The notes: generated from the sequence alone by a model not told the origin. Shown: positions 52,454 through 63,401, counted from the stretch's first letter. The stretch: 64,000 nt of DNA from Acholeplasmatales bacterium (GCA_016288855.1 JAEELJ010000028.1:379-64378); one strand, 5' to 3'. Program-made: numbers and translations.

Positions 52454-55400
52454 TTATTCTTCAACTGTTATTGTATATGTCTTTTCTTGGTAGTTACCAG
52501 TTGTATTACCAGTAGTTATTGTTAATGTTATTACATCACCAACTGTTACATTCTTAAAATCTAATAAGAATGCATCATTATATTGCTTACTTAATTCATA
52601 GGTTACACCATCTTCACCAATTGAACCACTTAAGTCAGTATCAACGTATGTAAGGTTCAATTCCTCACCATTATATGTCACCTTAAAATCAGTACTTTCT
52701 ATAAAATCACCTTTTATAGTATAGTAAGCTTCATAAACATTACTACTATTCTTATATGATGTAGCTGTTGTGACTGCAACATTTAATTGATTATATTCGT
52801 TCTTAGCTAATAAGAATTCATTAGTACCATCGTTATACATCATGTAAACATAACAAGAGTATTCAACATCCTCTAGATTTTCAATAGTTAATGATGGAGT
52901 TGATGTAGTATATCTTAATAAGCCGCCACCTTCAGCTCTTAATTCAACAATATAATATTCATTAGGATCTAAATCAATAGAACTATCCTCTCTAAATTCA
53001 CTAAATTCTAAATTAACAGTTCCATCTTGATTTCTTGTAACATGATATTCATTTGATGCACTAGTAACCAATCCTACAGATTTTTGATGTGTTGAAATAT
53101 CATTTTCTTGAATGCTAATCTTAAATTCCTTACCATTATCATCATAAATATCACCATTAGGTAATACATAATGATATTCAACCTCATAAATATTATTGCT
53201 TGAATCATCCTGTTCTAAATACATTACTACAGTAGTGTAATATAACGACTTACTAACTGTCTTTTCAGATAATGTATTTGGATTACCATCATTACCACAT
53301 TTACTAAATACAATTTCCCAGCCATCAAGATAAACCTCTTGACCTAGGATTGTTGTCTTAGGTAATATCTTTAAAACCTCAGTATTATCACTAAAGCCTA
53401 CACCTGAAACATATTCTGTTGCGAAATAGTAATCACTTACCATTTCAACCTCAAATACCTTCTTAGCAATATAAGATAGGCTTGCAGTATTACCATATGA
53501 ATCAGTATATTCTCTTGTTATAATGAATTGAATTTCATTAGAATCAATAGCATCTATTGTAATAGAACCACTATCTACAGGTACTATTTCATTCTCATTA
53601 TAAGAAATTAATGTAACATCATTTGTATTATTAGTATAATCTAGGGTAATTACACCTTCATCATTAATACTATAATCGCCAAATGTTATTGCGTTAGTAT
53701 CATCCTTAGTGTATGTATATTTACCTGCAAGATAATCAATACCATTATTATTAAAATAAATTTCAAATTGAAGCTTTTCTATATTAGTATATGCCTCAAG
53801 TCCATTGACATTAGAACCCTCAGAGGTAAGCTCTGTAACTGTTCCATCACTAGTTGTTATAAAATATTTAATTTGTGAAATTTCAACACCATCTACTCCA
53901 ATTGCGCTAAAACTATATGCTTCCTCTTCAAATGATAAAGAAACATTATCAATATATGTTTTCTTTTCTAATTCAATTTCACCACAATCAACTGTGTAAT
54001 AGTCTAATGTGTATCCATCATACATTTTATAATATATTAATTTAACTTGAAGCTTATCATATATAGGAGATAGATATTGTCCATATCCATCTTCTATTTC
54101 TAATACTAATTCACCATTATAATAATATTCAAATCTATATTTTTCTCTTCTATCATCAGTATTAAAGTTTTCAACCTCTGCCTCTAAATAATATTCATCA
54201 TCATATTTTGTCTGATCAAATTTATAAGTTAGATCGGTAACATCAATACTATATTCACATAAATTTAGAGTTACTTCCTTTGCTTCTACTTCATCTTCAA
54301 TAGAATAATTTGAATAATATTTTGCTAATGAATAATTAACCTTAACCTGAACTGTATCTATAACTATTTCATAATCGAATAGCTTTAATGCTACAGTTAT
54401 TGTTTGATTTAATGAATCAGAGCAATCTACATTAACATTATATTGATATAATGAATTCTCTTCAAAGTATGAATAATAATCTCCATCTGCACCTAAAACA
54501 ACATCAGGTGAAGTTTTAGATTTAATAGGAATTTGGTAAGTCTTACCATCATATGAAATATTGATGTCATCTCCATCAGTAAGCATATTGTAATTTAGAG
54601 TAAATTCAATATATGTGTCATCCCCATCCTGATATAAGACATCTGAATTTTCTTGTAATAAAGTAGATTCATCTATTTCCTTTAATTCATAATAAACCTT
54701 ATCTTCATAATAGTAATTATTATAATAATACATTACTGAATAGCTGAAATTATATTCATATCTATCATCTAATTCTAATTCATATGTTGATGTATTGAAA
54801 TATGGTGTATATCCATATTTAACCTCTCCATCAACAACATATGAATAGAATATTCTTTCATAAATTCCATCTCCATCAGTTGAATTATCCTTAAATCCAG
54901 TATCGAAATAATATAAAGCCTTACCTTCATTAGAAGATTGTCTTTTGAAATAATATATATTAGTATTAGATTCAAAGCTATTTCTATCATGATTACTATT
55001 CTGATATGCATTTAATACATCACTTGCGAATGATGCTGTTACAATAGAATTATCAAATCCATCAGTTCTAACGATATATTTAATTTGGTATTTATTAACA
55101 CTCTCGCTATAATTATCGTCAGGAATTCTAATAGAATAGAAATTACCTACCTTAACATCAGTATTATCTGCTTCTTCAATAGATGATTCTTCTATTACAT
55201 AATCACCATCATTCATTACAGTCCTATCAGTTATAATATCTAGATCCATGTTGATATTTTTACCATTAAGTGTAGTAATGAAATCTAGGTTGTAGAAAAT
55301 CATACTATTGGCGTGCATTACATAAGATACTACCTCAATCTCTGCACCTAAATCGTCATTTCTAACCTCAGAAATAATTAATATTTCATCACCATATATA

Positions 55401-57166
55401 TCCTTATATGTGATTTTAATATTACCAGAAATTAAATTCTTATTTATTTCTTCAATTTCTAATACACCTTCACTTAATAAATCAGATAATGTAATATCAG
55501 TCCCATCAAAGAATTCAACCTCTGCAGAGCTAAATTCATAACCATCTAGGGCTTTTATCTCATATGGTATTAATAATGCACCATCATCAGAAACATCAAC
55601 TGTACCTAATTCTACCTTATTTGGAATTAATGTATTTTGATATAATTTAATGCCATTATGTGATATTACAAATGAAACACTTGAAATCTCATCTGTAACC
55701 TGGAATTCATTTGCATAATCTAGGCTCTCAAATGTATCAGTTTGAGTAATAGAATTACCATCAATAAAGTTCATTGTAATTTCAATATCAAATGATGGAT
55801 CTATAATCTCTCCATCATATGTTGCACTAAAATTAAATCCACCTTCATAGAATTGTGCATATACATCTTTAAATAAAGAATTAAATTTATATTCTATCTC
55901 ATTAGAATCAAACTCAGTAATTAAATTACCATCCTTTTTAATTTCTACCGCAACAATTCTAATTTCTTTATAGATAGGATCAATTACAGTAGATAATAGA
56001 CCATCCTCAGATTCAACTGATTTTATTAATTCTTCACCATTATAAATATCAAATCTTAATGCGTCAGTCTTATCATAGCCCTTTTGGAAATTAGTATCGA
56101 TATTTAAGGTATTTCCTACCTCAATATCATAATCATATGAAATATTTTCTTCCTTTAATTCATATTTAGAAGTAAATCTATTTTTATATGAAATGAAATC
56201 ATCTGGATATTCTGTTTTATATCCATATTCAGAAAGTAATGTTCTTTCTCCATTAACATCACCATATACCCTTGCATTTATTTCCTGCATATCGGATAAA
56301 TCCTCTAATTGACCTCTAAAGAAGTTTTCCTCATCAAGAGTAAAATCCTCAATTATTAATTCATCCTCCATATATATTTCAAGGCTTGGATTAGATGCTA
56401 AATTATAATAATTTGAAAAATAAATATCATAATCAAGACTAAAAACATAATTATCATAATCTACTACAGGATTAAATTCAAATAATGCCTTAGGCATTTG
56501 ATCAGTTACAGTATAACATGTTGTCTCAAAATAAGTATTATCCTTAAATACACCAAAATCACCTATTACTGAAATAGTATAGGTTCTTAATGGAATAAGA
56601 CCTGTAACTAGCTGCTTTTGAATTCCTGCTTCCTCTATAGGGAAATCTATAGAGAAGTTACCACTAGATACTCTAATTATGCAGTTCGCAACACTATTAA
56701 TTTTATCAATATCAATTTCATAAATTAAATAATCAGCACCAACCTCAATATTACAAGATTTAATATCTGGCTTTGGTAAAAATATTCCTCCACCCATTGT
56801 ACCTGCAACAACTGCGGCAGCTGATAAAACTGTAATACCACCAGCAAGTGTTGTTGATGTTGAAACTACATTTGCAGCTGTGCTTTCAGATGCACCTACA
56901 TTTAAATCAACATTATTTAATTCACTACTATTAACATTATTTATTTCATTAACATCTGTTTTAGATAAATTATTTATCTCATCAATTTGCTCTTTTATTG
57001 TTTTAGAAGTCTTAGTATCCTCACTAGAATCTTCCTTATATGCTTGTTGCTCTAAAGGAGAAGATTTTACTTCATTAACATTAAAATATTCAATAGGTTC
57101 AAATGTTTTAAATTCAGAAACATCATCATTATATTCATTTATCCCATTATTATACTCATCAGGCAT
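52454..57166 (-). CDS. 1570-aa single-pass (N-in) membrane protein with a large repeat-containing ectodomain
   Basis: GGGAGGAAG RBS. About 105-aa acidic/Asn-rich N-terminal region, a single TM (GGITVLSAAAVVAGTMGGGIFL), then about 1440 aa with at least one internal module duplication. Confidence 0.75.
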   Translation of the reverse strand: MPDEYNNGINEYNDDVSEFKTFEPIEYFNVNEVKSSPLEQQAYKEDSSEDTKTSKTIKEQIDEINNLSKTDVNEINNVNSSELNNVDLNVGASESTAANVVSTSTTLAGGITVLSAAAVVAGTMGGGIFLPKPDIKSCNIEVGADYLIYEIDIDKINSVANCIIRVSSGNFSIDFPIEEAGIQKQLVTGLIPLRTYTISVIGDFGVFKDNTYFETTCYTVTDQMPKALFEFNPVVDYDNYVFSLDYDIYFSNYYNLASNPSLEIYMEDELIIEDFTLDEENFFRGQLEDLSDMQEINARVYGDVNGERTLLSEYGYKTEYPDDFISYKNRFTSKYELKEENISYDYDIEVGNTLNIDTNFQKGYDKTDALRFDIYNGEELIKSVESEDGLLSTVIDPIYKEIRIVAVEIKKDGNLITEFDSNEIEYKFNSLFKDVYAQFYEGGFNFSATYDGEIIDPSFDIEITMNFIDGNSITQTDTFESLDYANEFQVTDEISSVSFVISHNGIKLYQNTLIPNKVELGTVDVSDDGALLIPYEIKALDGYEFSSAEVEFFDGTDITLSDLLSEGVLEIEEINKNLISGNIKITYKDIYGDEILIISEVRNDDLGAEIEVVSYVMHANSMIFYNLDFITTLNGKNINMDLDIITDRTVMNDGDYVIEESSIEEADNTDVKVGNFYSIRIPDDNYSESVNKYQIKYIVRTDGFDNSIVTASFASDVLNAYQNSNHDRNSFESNTNIYYFKRQSSNEGKALYYFDTGFKDNSTDGDGIYERIFYSYVVDGEVKYGYTPYFNTSTYELELDDRYEYNFSYSVMYYYNNYYYEDKVYYELKEIDESTLLQENSDVLYQDGDDTYIEFTLNYNMLTDGDDINISYDGKTYQIPIKSKTSPDVVLGADGDYYSYFEENSLYQYNVNVDCSDSLNQTITVALKLFDYEIVIDTVQVKVNYSLAKYYSNYSIEDEVEAKEVTLNLCEYSIDVTDLTYKFDQTKYDDEYYLEAEVENFNTDDRREKYRFEYYYNGELVLEIEDGYGQYLSPIYDKLQVKLIYYKMYDGYTLDYYTVDCGEIELEKKTYIDNVSLSFEEEAYSFSAIGVDGVEISQIKYFITTSDGTVTELTSEGSNVNGLEAYTNIEKLQFEIYFNNNGIDYLAGKYTYTKDDTNAITFGDYSINDEGVITLDYTNNTNDVTLISYNENEIVPVDSGSITIDAIDSNEIQFIITREYTDSYGNTASLSYIAKKVFEVEMVSDYYFATEYVSGVGFSDNTEVLKILPKTTILGQEVYLDGWEIVFSKCGNDGNPNTLSEKTVSKSLYYTTVVMYLEQDDSSNNIYEVEYHYVLPNGDIYDDNGKEFKISIQENDISTHQKSVGLVTSASNEYHVTRNQDGTVNLEFSEFREDSSIDLDPNEYYIVELRAEGGGLLRYTTSTPSLTIENLEDVEYSCYVYMMYNDGTNEFLLAKNEYNQLNVAVTTATSYKNSSNVYEAYYTIKGDFIESTDFKVTYNGEELNLTYVDTDLSGSIGEDGVTYELSKQYNDAFLLDFKNVTVGDVITLTITTGNTTGNYQEKTYTITVEE

Positions 57167-57255
57167 AACAATCTTCCTCCCATCTTAAAAATACACAAAA
57201 CACCATAGCTAAAAAAATTTTACCATTATTTTTTAATCTTATCAATTAAAAATGT

Positions 57256-58248
57256 CTATTTTTTGATATATGTATTAAAAAAATCATCTAAATCCTTATA
57301 TATTTCTTTAATACCATTTCTTTCTGCTAAATAATTAGCTTGATTTTCAAATAACCCCTTTAAATCATCATATTTAAATAAAATAAATAAATTCCTTTTC
57401 TTTTTAACATCTATTTCTAATTTATTTAAATAATAATTCTTCTTTTCTTCTAGCTTAGGATTAATAAATAAATCTGAATTTAATACTATATATATCGCAA
57501 ACAATGATGTAACAATATAAGAAAAACGAATCTTACTCTTTTTATTACATAAGAATTCATATGCATAAAAAGGCATATTATAGAATTCATCAAATGTTTT
57601 AACCATATAACTAAATTCTGTTTTTCTTCTTGTTAAGCTGTTTGGATTTAGCTTCCATAAATACGTAGTATAATCAAAAAAGCTTATTTCTTCTTTTTCA
57701 ATCATACCTAATATACATGTTGTGAAATATGAATCCTCTAAATCTCTTACCTTATCACTAAATTTTATATTATTCTCATTTAAAAATGCTCTTTTAAAAA
57801 CCTTACCATGCATCCAAGGGAATGTATCTATATTCTTTTTTATACTTAATACATTCTTACCATCCTTAATAGATTCAACCGCAATATTAGTAACTAAATA
57901 CTTAGGCTCATACTTTTTTATAAAATTAATTATATTTGATAAAGCTAAATGATTATATAGTGAATCATCCGCATCACAAAACATTACATATGGGCTTTGG
58001 GTTGAATTAAATCCATATTGTCTTGCAAGACCAGGACCTGTGTTTATTGGATTAATAATATATGAAATATTTAAATTCTTATAATTCATTAAAAATTCTT
58101 TTGATAATATTACATCACTACAGTCATTAACTATTGTTATATTAAAATCATCAAAAGAAACACCTTCCTGTAAAGAAAAGGAATTAAGTAAATATTTAAT
58201 TACATCCTCATTCTCACTATATTGTGGAATAATAACATCAAGCAACAT
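57256..58248 (-). CDS. family 2 glycosyltransferase
   Basis: N-terminal DVIIPQYSENEDVIKYLLNS and the DxD motif FCDADD. ATG at 58248 with AAGGGTG upstream. Confidence 0.75.
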   Translation of the reverse strand: MLLDVIIPQYSENEDVIKYLLNSFSLQEGVSFDDFNITIVNDCSDVILSKEFLMNYKNLNISYIINPINTGPGLARQYGFNSTQSPYVMFCDADDSLYNHLALSNIINFIKKYEPKYLVTNIAVESIKDGKNVLSIKKNIDTFPWMHGKVFKRAFLNENNIKFSDKVRDLEDSYFTTCILGMIEKEEISFFDYTTYLWKLNPNSLTRRKTEFSYMVKTFDEFYNMPFYAYEFLCNKKSKIRFSYIVTSLFAIYIVLNSDLFINPKLEEKKNYYLNKLEIDVKKKRNLFILFKYDDLKGLFENQANYLAERNGIKEIYKDLDDFFNTYIKK

Positions 58249-58374
58249 AAAAAACACCCTTTGTCTTAAAAGACAAATCCCCTTTTAATAGTTAAAAATC
58301 TTGTAATTATTATAACATATATATAAAGACAATATAAAGAAAAAAGTACATTATTTCTAATGTACTTATTTTCC

Positions 58375-59823
58375 TTAAATAAAATCATATTTATCTAAAA
58401 TATTATTGTTTTTACAATAATTCTTAAAATCTAATAATTTATTATCTATTTCTTCTCTTGTAATATCTATTGGATACATTTCATAGGTATAATTTTTATT
58501 TATTTTATATTTAGCATTCATACCTATTAATTCACTAAATGAATCAGTTATATAGCTATTACTAAATTCTCTATACTTCTTATCCTGCTTCCAAGTGAAG
58601 TTTCTTTCATATTTAAAATTTATTGTCTTTTTGTAATAAGAGAATCCTAAATCATCACGCTTATATGTAGTAATACCATCTGAATAATCATATATATTTA
58701 TATCATTATAATCTATCCATATTTCTTCTTCAGTATAGCTATTTTTAATATTAGTTCTAATTGAAATAATATTTAATAATGATGTTAATTCATCATAATC
58801 TATCAAACCATCTTCATAATCTCTAAAAAGATAGTTAATTGCATCATAATTAGATTTTTGCTTAATAATTAAATAATTTGATGTTAATTCAATACTTCCC
58901 TTAAATACTCCGTATTTTTCATAAATATCATTATAATAATAATTTGGATTAATAAAATTAAATATTAAAAAGTCTCTAGAGTTAAAATTTTCTTCTCCTA
59001 CAGCCAATGTTTGAATTTCTGTTCTATAATGTAAAAACTCAGGTCTATATTTTAAGCCTCCAGAGGTATATTCTTTTTTCATTTTGGAATAAAGATCAAT
59101 ATTATCATTAGAACTAATATTTAAATAAAATGCTTTATTATCATCATCTGGCATTAAATACTTCCATTCATAATCAGATACTTGATCTAAAAATGTTGAA
59201 TAGCCTAATGGATATGTTGTTGCATATTCAAATAAATAATTACCATCATCTATACCATAAAAGTTATAATTACCTCTATCTTTTGCTTCTAAATTTTCTT
59301 CTAGATTAATATCACCTTCATTTGATGTTGCTTTATCTATAGTTTTAGTAATTAAATTACCATTACTAAATGTACCACCACCATTACTTATATATATAGC
59401 TGTATTAGAATCTACTTCATAGCTATAATCTCCTATATAGTCAATTCTATTAGAGGTTGGATAATTTTCTTTATAAGTACTATAATTATATTTCATTTTA
59501 GTATATAAAGGGTTTATTACACTATTAGTTGCATTTGGAACAATAGTATCTTTATAGTGAGTAAAAAACTTATTATATACATCATTAAATGTATCATTTT
59601 TAGTTATTGTAATATTTTCAATTTCACCATTATATACAATATCAAAAGATATCTCATCGACCTTATTTCCTTTAACTAAATTATTAGTATATAAATCTTC
59701 TAATTTATCTTGATCGATACTTGTTGTTTTTTCATTTATATCTCCTTTACCACAAGAGGCTAACAAAGAAATATTTAAAGGGATTAAAATCGATAATAAA
59801 GAGATTTTAAATATTTTTCTCAT
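58375..59823 (-). CDS. lipoprotein of unknown function
   Basis: Signal peptide with lipobox LLASCGK. 482 aa, rich in Asn/Tyr/Asp. Confidence 0.6.
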   Translation of the reverse strand: MRKIFKISLLSILIPLNISLLASCGKGDINEKTTSIDQDKLEDLYTNNLVKGNKVDEISFDIVYNGEIENITITKNDTFNDVYNKFFTHYKDTIVPNATNSVINPLYTKMKYNYSTYKENYPTSNRIDYIGDYSYEVDSNTAIYISNGGGTFSNGNLITKTIDKATSNEGDINLEENLEAKDRGNYNFYGIDDGNYLFEYATTYPLGYSTFLDQVSDYEWKYLMPDDDNKAFYLNISSNDNIDLYSKMKKEYTSGGLKYRPEFLHYRTEIQTLAVGEENFNSRDFLIFNFINPNYYYNDIYEKYGVFKGSIELTSNYLIIKQKSNYDAINYLFRDYEDGLIDYDELTSLLNIISIRTNIKNSYTEEEIWIDYNDINIYDYSDGITTYKRDDLGFSYYKKTINFKYERNFTWKQDKKYREFSNSYITDSFSELIGMNAKYKINKNYTYEMYPIDITREEIDNKLLDFKNYCKNNNILDKYDFI

Positions 59824-59945
59824 AAGTACTTAGTATAACCTAATTAAAATTAAGATTATACATCCTCCTTCTTTAAAATTAGCATACTAAAAATGTGAAC
59901 TTTCCTAATGTTTTATCCTTATTTAAATTAATTATTTCATACACT

Positions 59946-61058
59946 TTATGATAAAGAAATCGGTGGGATAATATTATCAACCATATCTATAACGAATTCA
60001 TATGCGTCAGTATATACTACTGGATCTGGATTAATATATGGAACCTTCTCATATGTATTGTGATATGAATAGCCTGTTGCTTCAAATTTTAATTTTGTAG
60101 AAGAAATGTATAATTCTTCTTCATCATATGTATTATTCACTGTATTGATTTCGTATAGGTATCTTTCAAAAGAACCATCTTCCTTATTGTAATATAATGT
60201 TCCATTAAATGTGCCCGGGAATATATCATTATCAATCATAATTTCTTTAATACCCTCATCATTTAAGTCAAATGATAATTCCAAATACTCTTCTCCTTCG
60301 CTAATAACGATATTATTATTTTTTATAAAATCACTTATTTCTTTATCATTTTTAGTTAATAAGTCTCTACAGATATCATAATATAGACCATCAAGAAATT
60401 CAGTGCATTCTTGTCCATCAAAGGCACATATTCTTTGAATTGTATCTGTTAACCATGAAGTGGATACAACCTCAAGTAATGCTTCTTTATTAACCTTACC
60501 ATTGAATTTTTTTTCTAAATAAGGTTCATTTACATACTCATCATATAATTTAAGGTAATTATATACTTGTAAATCATTATCATCAAAAAGTGAATTTAAG
60601 TTCTGAATAAAATTAAAATCTTGTGTTTGGTTTTTTTCAAGACCATCTACTAGTTCAGAAGAGAAAGTATTGATATGGGCACTTTGAAGCAATGAATAAT
60701 TACCAGGACCTCTAGAAATGAAATCAAAAGGATTTACATTTTCTTTTTCCATAATATCTTCATATTCTTCCTGAGTTACACTATAGTAATATCCATAAGT
60801 GCCAGTTCCTGAATATCTATAGAAATCAATACCTTTATCTTCTTCATCTCCATATGAATTCATATAAGAAACGTAATCCTGTTTGAACATTGCGCTAAAC
60901 ATTCTCTCATAGAATGGTGATAAATCCTGTTTATCGAGTAAAGTTTTAAATTCATCAACTTCTTTTTGATTATCAATTTGTAAATTTTCTTTATTATTAC
61001 AAGAAGCTAATGTAAGTAAGTTTGTTAGGATTAAAAACATAAATATGATTTTTTTCAT
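59946..61058 (-). CDS. lipoprotein of unknown function
   Basis: Signal peptide with lipobox LTLASCNN. 370 aa. Confidence 0.6.
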   Translation of the reverse strand: MKKIIFMFLILTNLLTLASCNNKENLQIDNQKEVDEFKTLLDKQDLSPFYERMFSAMFKQDYVSYMNSYGDEEDKGIDFYRYSGTGTYGYYYSVTQEEYEDIMEKENVNPFDFISRGPGNYSLLQSAHINTFSSELVDGLEKNQTQDFNFIQNLNSLFDDNDLQVYNYLKLYDEYVNEPYLEKKFNGKVNKEALLEVVSTSWLTDTIQRICAFDGQECTEFLDGLYYDICRDLLTKNDKEISDFIKNNNIVISEGEEYLELSFDLNDEGIKEIMIDNDIFPGTFNGTLYYNKEDGSFERYLYEINTVNNTYDEEELYISSTKLKFEATGYSYHNTYEKVPYINPDPVVYTDAYEFVIDMVDNIIPPISLS

Positions 61059-61071
61059 ATGATTTTACCTC

Positions 61072-63087
61072 CTAAAGCTTAATAGTAACGTCACGTTTAT
61101 GACGACTAGAGTTAAAGTATGCTTGTTCTTTCTTATGATCCTTTTCTACACGTAAAACACCTCTATTAGTTAAAGAAATGAATTCATAATATGCCCAATA
61201 CTCACAACGGTGATATGGTTTTTTAGAATAAGATTTCATAGAGATATTATATTTACGATTAACTGGCATAAAGATATCCATCTTTTCTTCTGTTATGTAA
61301 GAATAATATCCTGCAGCATAGCCACTATTACAGCTATCTATTTCACTCTTACCAAAAACACTTCCGTTAATATTGATAACTCTAGTTCCTTTTTTGCTTT
61401 CAAGTCTTAAGCCGATATCATTATAGCCAAAGAAATGCATTCTTCCATAGTCAGCATTATCCATAAATGGGACAAGTGAAAGCTTTTCATTATCAGCTTT
61501 TCCCTGATTATATTCATCAATATAGTAGCTATCTTGACTAGCTACATGTGCAAATACAGATTCAGGATAATGATTTTGTACTATATAGCTTGCATATGCA
61601 GCAATAGACAATAATTCATTTGGCTTTTCCCAATAAGTATCCGCTAATGGTCCATCTAATGCTGTAATTAAATCATATAATTCTGCAGCAAATTCATCAC
61701 CCCAAATAGATTTGATTGCCGATTTTGTAAATTTAGAAGTTATAGAGGACGCATCAAGGAATGCACTAATAGAAATAATCTTAAGCAAAGTAGGCATGAT
61801 GCTTGGAACCGTGCTTTTTTCACTTTGTACCAAAAGCATCATTCTTTCAAGCTTGCTTTGATATTTAGAAACATATTTGTTTCTATTACCAAGATTATCT
61901 ACGAACTCATCTAAGAATATTTCAGCAGCTATATTTGCATCATAATTCTTTTTTGTTTTATCTCTATATGGCGTTAATATTGTTGGCAATTCAGCATCAG
62001 TCGCAATTGCTGAAACTAAAACAGATACAATATCAACACCAAAATTAGTAATATCAAAACCAGCCATTTCAAATCTATCTGGCTTTAGTTCTGTTTCTGG
62101 ATTTTGATGATACATCTTAAGGAATGTATTAGACGTACGTCTATTTTCCTGGTAGTTTTCCGGATCATAGAATTTATTTGTTATGTACTTATCCCTTCCA
62201 AAACGAGTAAAACCATATTGTTTCATTGCTAATTTTGGAACGATATCTAATGGATTAACAATGTTAAAAATATTATCGTATAAAGAATCCTTAGGCTTTT
62301 TAACTGTTTTTGAATTTATATTTGCACCTTGAGGAGCTTCAAATGTATACGCATAAACATCATCTCTTGAAGTATATGCATTATTAGAAAATAAATTTTC
62401 TCCTTTATCTAGCTTATTATCTATTAATGCAGCAGCAATATTTGTTGTTGCACCACCTCTAGAGAAACCTGCCATCCATAGTTTTATTCTACCAGTAATG
62501 TTGTTTTTATTAACGTATTCACTAACAAAGTCAACTAGTTTATTTGCAGCAATATACCATCCTTCATGCATATAGTCTGACTTACTTCCGTCACCTAAAT
62601 GAACATTACCTGCCCATTCACTATAATATCCCCCTGATCTTGGAGCAACACCTACAACTGTATAGTCACCATATTCCTTTTTTGCAGCACATAATCCAAT
62701 CGAATTTGTTTGTGCAGATTTAGTATAATCTTCATTAACTTCAAATGTGTCATAATCAATCTTTTCAAAGAATTCTTTTGCATACTTTGATTGATTTAAA
62801 TACCATTCTTCGTCATATACAACTGTATAAGGCGTAAATGTTGATGATGCTAATGCCAATGATGCAGTTGCTAAATGCGAATCAAACTCATATGAAGGAT
62901 GCTCGAAATAATTACGTGAGTAATACACATCCAAATTATAATAATCAAGTCCACCACCATCGGCAGGAGCATAATGGAAATCAATCTTCTTCACTTCATA
63001 ATCTGTTGCATTATTAGATGAGGCAACATTTATTGAAGAGAATGCTACACCAGAAATCAATAAAAAAACAACTCCAATATGTTTCAT
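61072..63087 (-). CDS. secreted alpha/beta-hydrolase (lipase/phospholipase-like)
   Basis: Signal peptide MKHIGVVFLLISGVAFSSINVASS. Nucleophile elbow MAGFSRGGATT (GxSxG; the GFSRG form recalls DUF2235/Tle1-type phospholipases). GGTGGTG RBS. Confidence 0.55.
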   Translation of the reverse strand: MKHIGVVFLLISGVAFSSINVASSNNATDYEVKKIDFHYAPADGGGLDYYNLDVYYSRNYFEHPSYEFDSHLATASLALASSTFTPYTVVYDEEWYLNQSKYAKEFFEKIDYDTFEVNEDYTKSAQTNSIGLCAAKKEYGDYTVVGVAPRSGGYYSEWAGNVHLGDGSKSDYMHEGWYIAANKLVDFVSEYVNKNNITGRIKLWMAGFSRGGATTNIAAALIDNKLDKGENLFSNNAYTSRDDVYAYTFEAPQGANINSKTVKKPKDSLYDNIFNIVNPLDIVPKLAMKQYGFTRFGRDKYITNKFYDPENYQENRRTSNTFLKMYHQNPETELKPDRFEMAGFDITNFGVDIVSVLVSAIATDAELPTILTPYRDKTKKNYDANIAAEIFLDEFVDNLGNRNKYVSKYQSKLERMMLLVQSEKSTVPSIMPTLLKIISISAFLDASSITSKFTKSAIKSIWGDEFAAELYDLITALDGPLADTYWEKPNELLSIAAYASYIVQNHYPESVFAHVASQDSYYIDEYNQGKADNEKLSLVPFMDNADYGRMHFFGYNDIGLRLESKKGTRVININGSVFGKSEIDSCNSGYAAGYYSYITEEKMDIFMPVNRKYNISMKSYSKKPYHRCEYWAYYEFISLTNRGVLRVEKDHKKEQAYFNSSRHKRDVTIKL

Positions 63088-63134
63088 ATTGTTTCACCAC
63101 CCTGTATAATTTTTAATAGTTTACATCTAAACTT

Positions 63135-63163
63135 ATTTTAACATATTTTATATAAATTGTAAA
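63135..63163 (-). promoter_or_regulatory. sigma-A type promoter of the hydrolase gene
   Basis: On the minus strand: TTTACA (63158-63163), 17 nt, TAAAAT (63135-63140). Confidence 0.45.
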
Positions 63164-63204
63164 ATTATTGAAGTTAAGAAGTATTACTATATGTCCTCAT
63201 TAAT

Positions 63205-63231
63205 TAAAAAAGCCTCAGATTACTCTGAGAC
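63205..63231 (-). terminator. intrinsic terminator
   Basis: GUCUCAGA-GUAA-UCUGAGGC 8-bp stem (one G.U pair) followed by U6 on the minus strand. Confidence 0.7.
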
Positions 63232-63328
63232 TTGAATTATTAAGATAGTGAACCATTCGTAGAAGCACCCGGAACCACTTTACGGTATTAAGCCATTTTC
63301 TTAAATTCGGTTCGGATACATAGCCCAT
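63215..63328 (-). CDS. 37-aa Trp/Arg-rich micro-protein (copy 1 of a duplicated unit)
   Basis: My own translation: MGYVSEPNLRKWLNTVKWFRVLLRMVHYLNNSSLRVI. It differs from the copy at 63837 mainly at third-codon positions. The stop lies inside the terminator hairpin. The SD is weak (AAGG). Confidence 0.4.
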   Translation of the reverse strand: MGYVSEPNLRKWLNTVKWFRVLLRMVHYLNNSSLRVI

Positions 63329-63401
63329 ATGGCTACCTTTTTATTCATATAAATAAATACTAGTTATCGTTATTTTCTTAATTAATTATCCTTAAAATTA
63401 A

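Noticed and set aside
63226-63335. Interpreting the 115-nt duplicated unit as a riboswitch or structured cis-regulatory RNA. It contains purine-riboswitch-like CCGUAAA and ykkC-like GGUUCCGG strings.
   Set aside because: The order and spacing of the motifs do not match the purine, ykkC/guanidine, T-box, TPP, FMN, SAM or glycine aptamers that I can recall. The 5' hairpin in copy 1 is not maintained in copy 2. The substitutions are codon-phased rather than compensatory. A covariance-model scan would be needed to exclude this fully.
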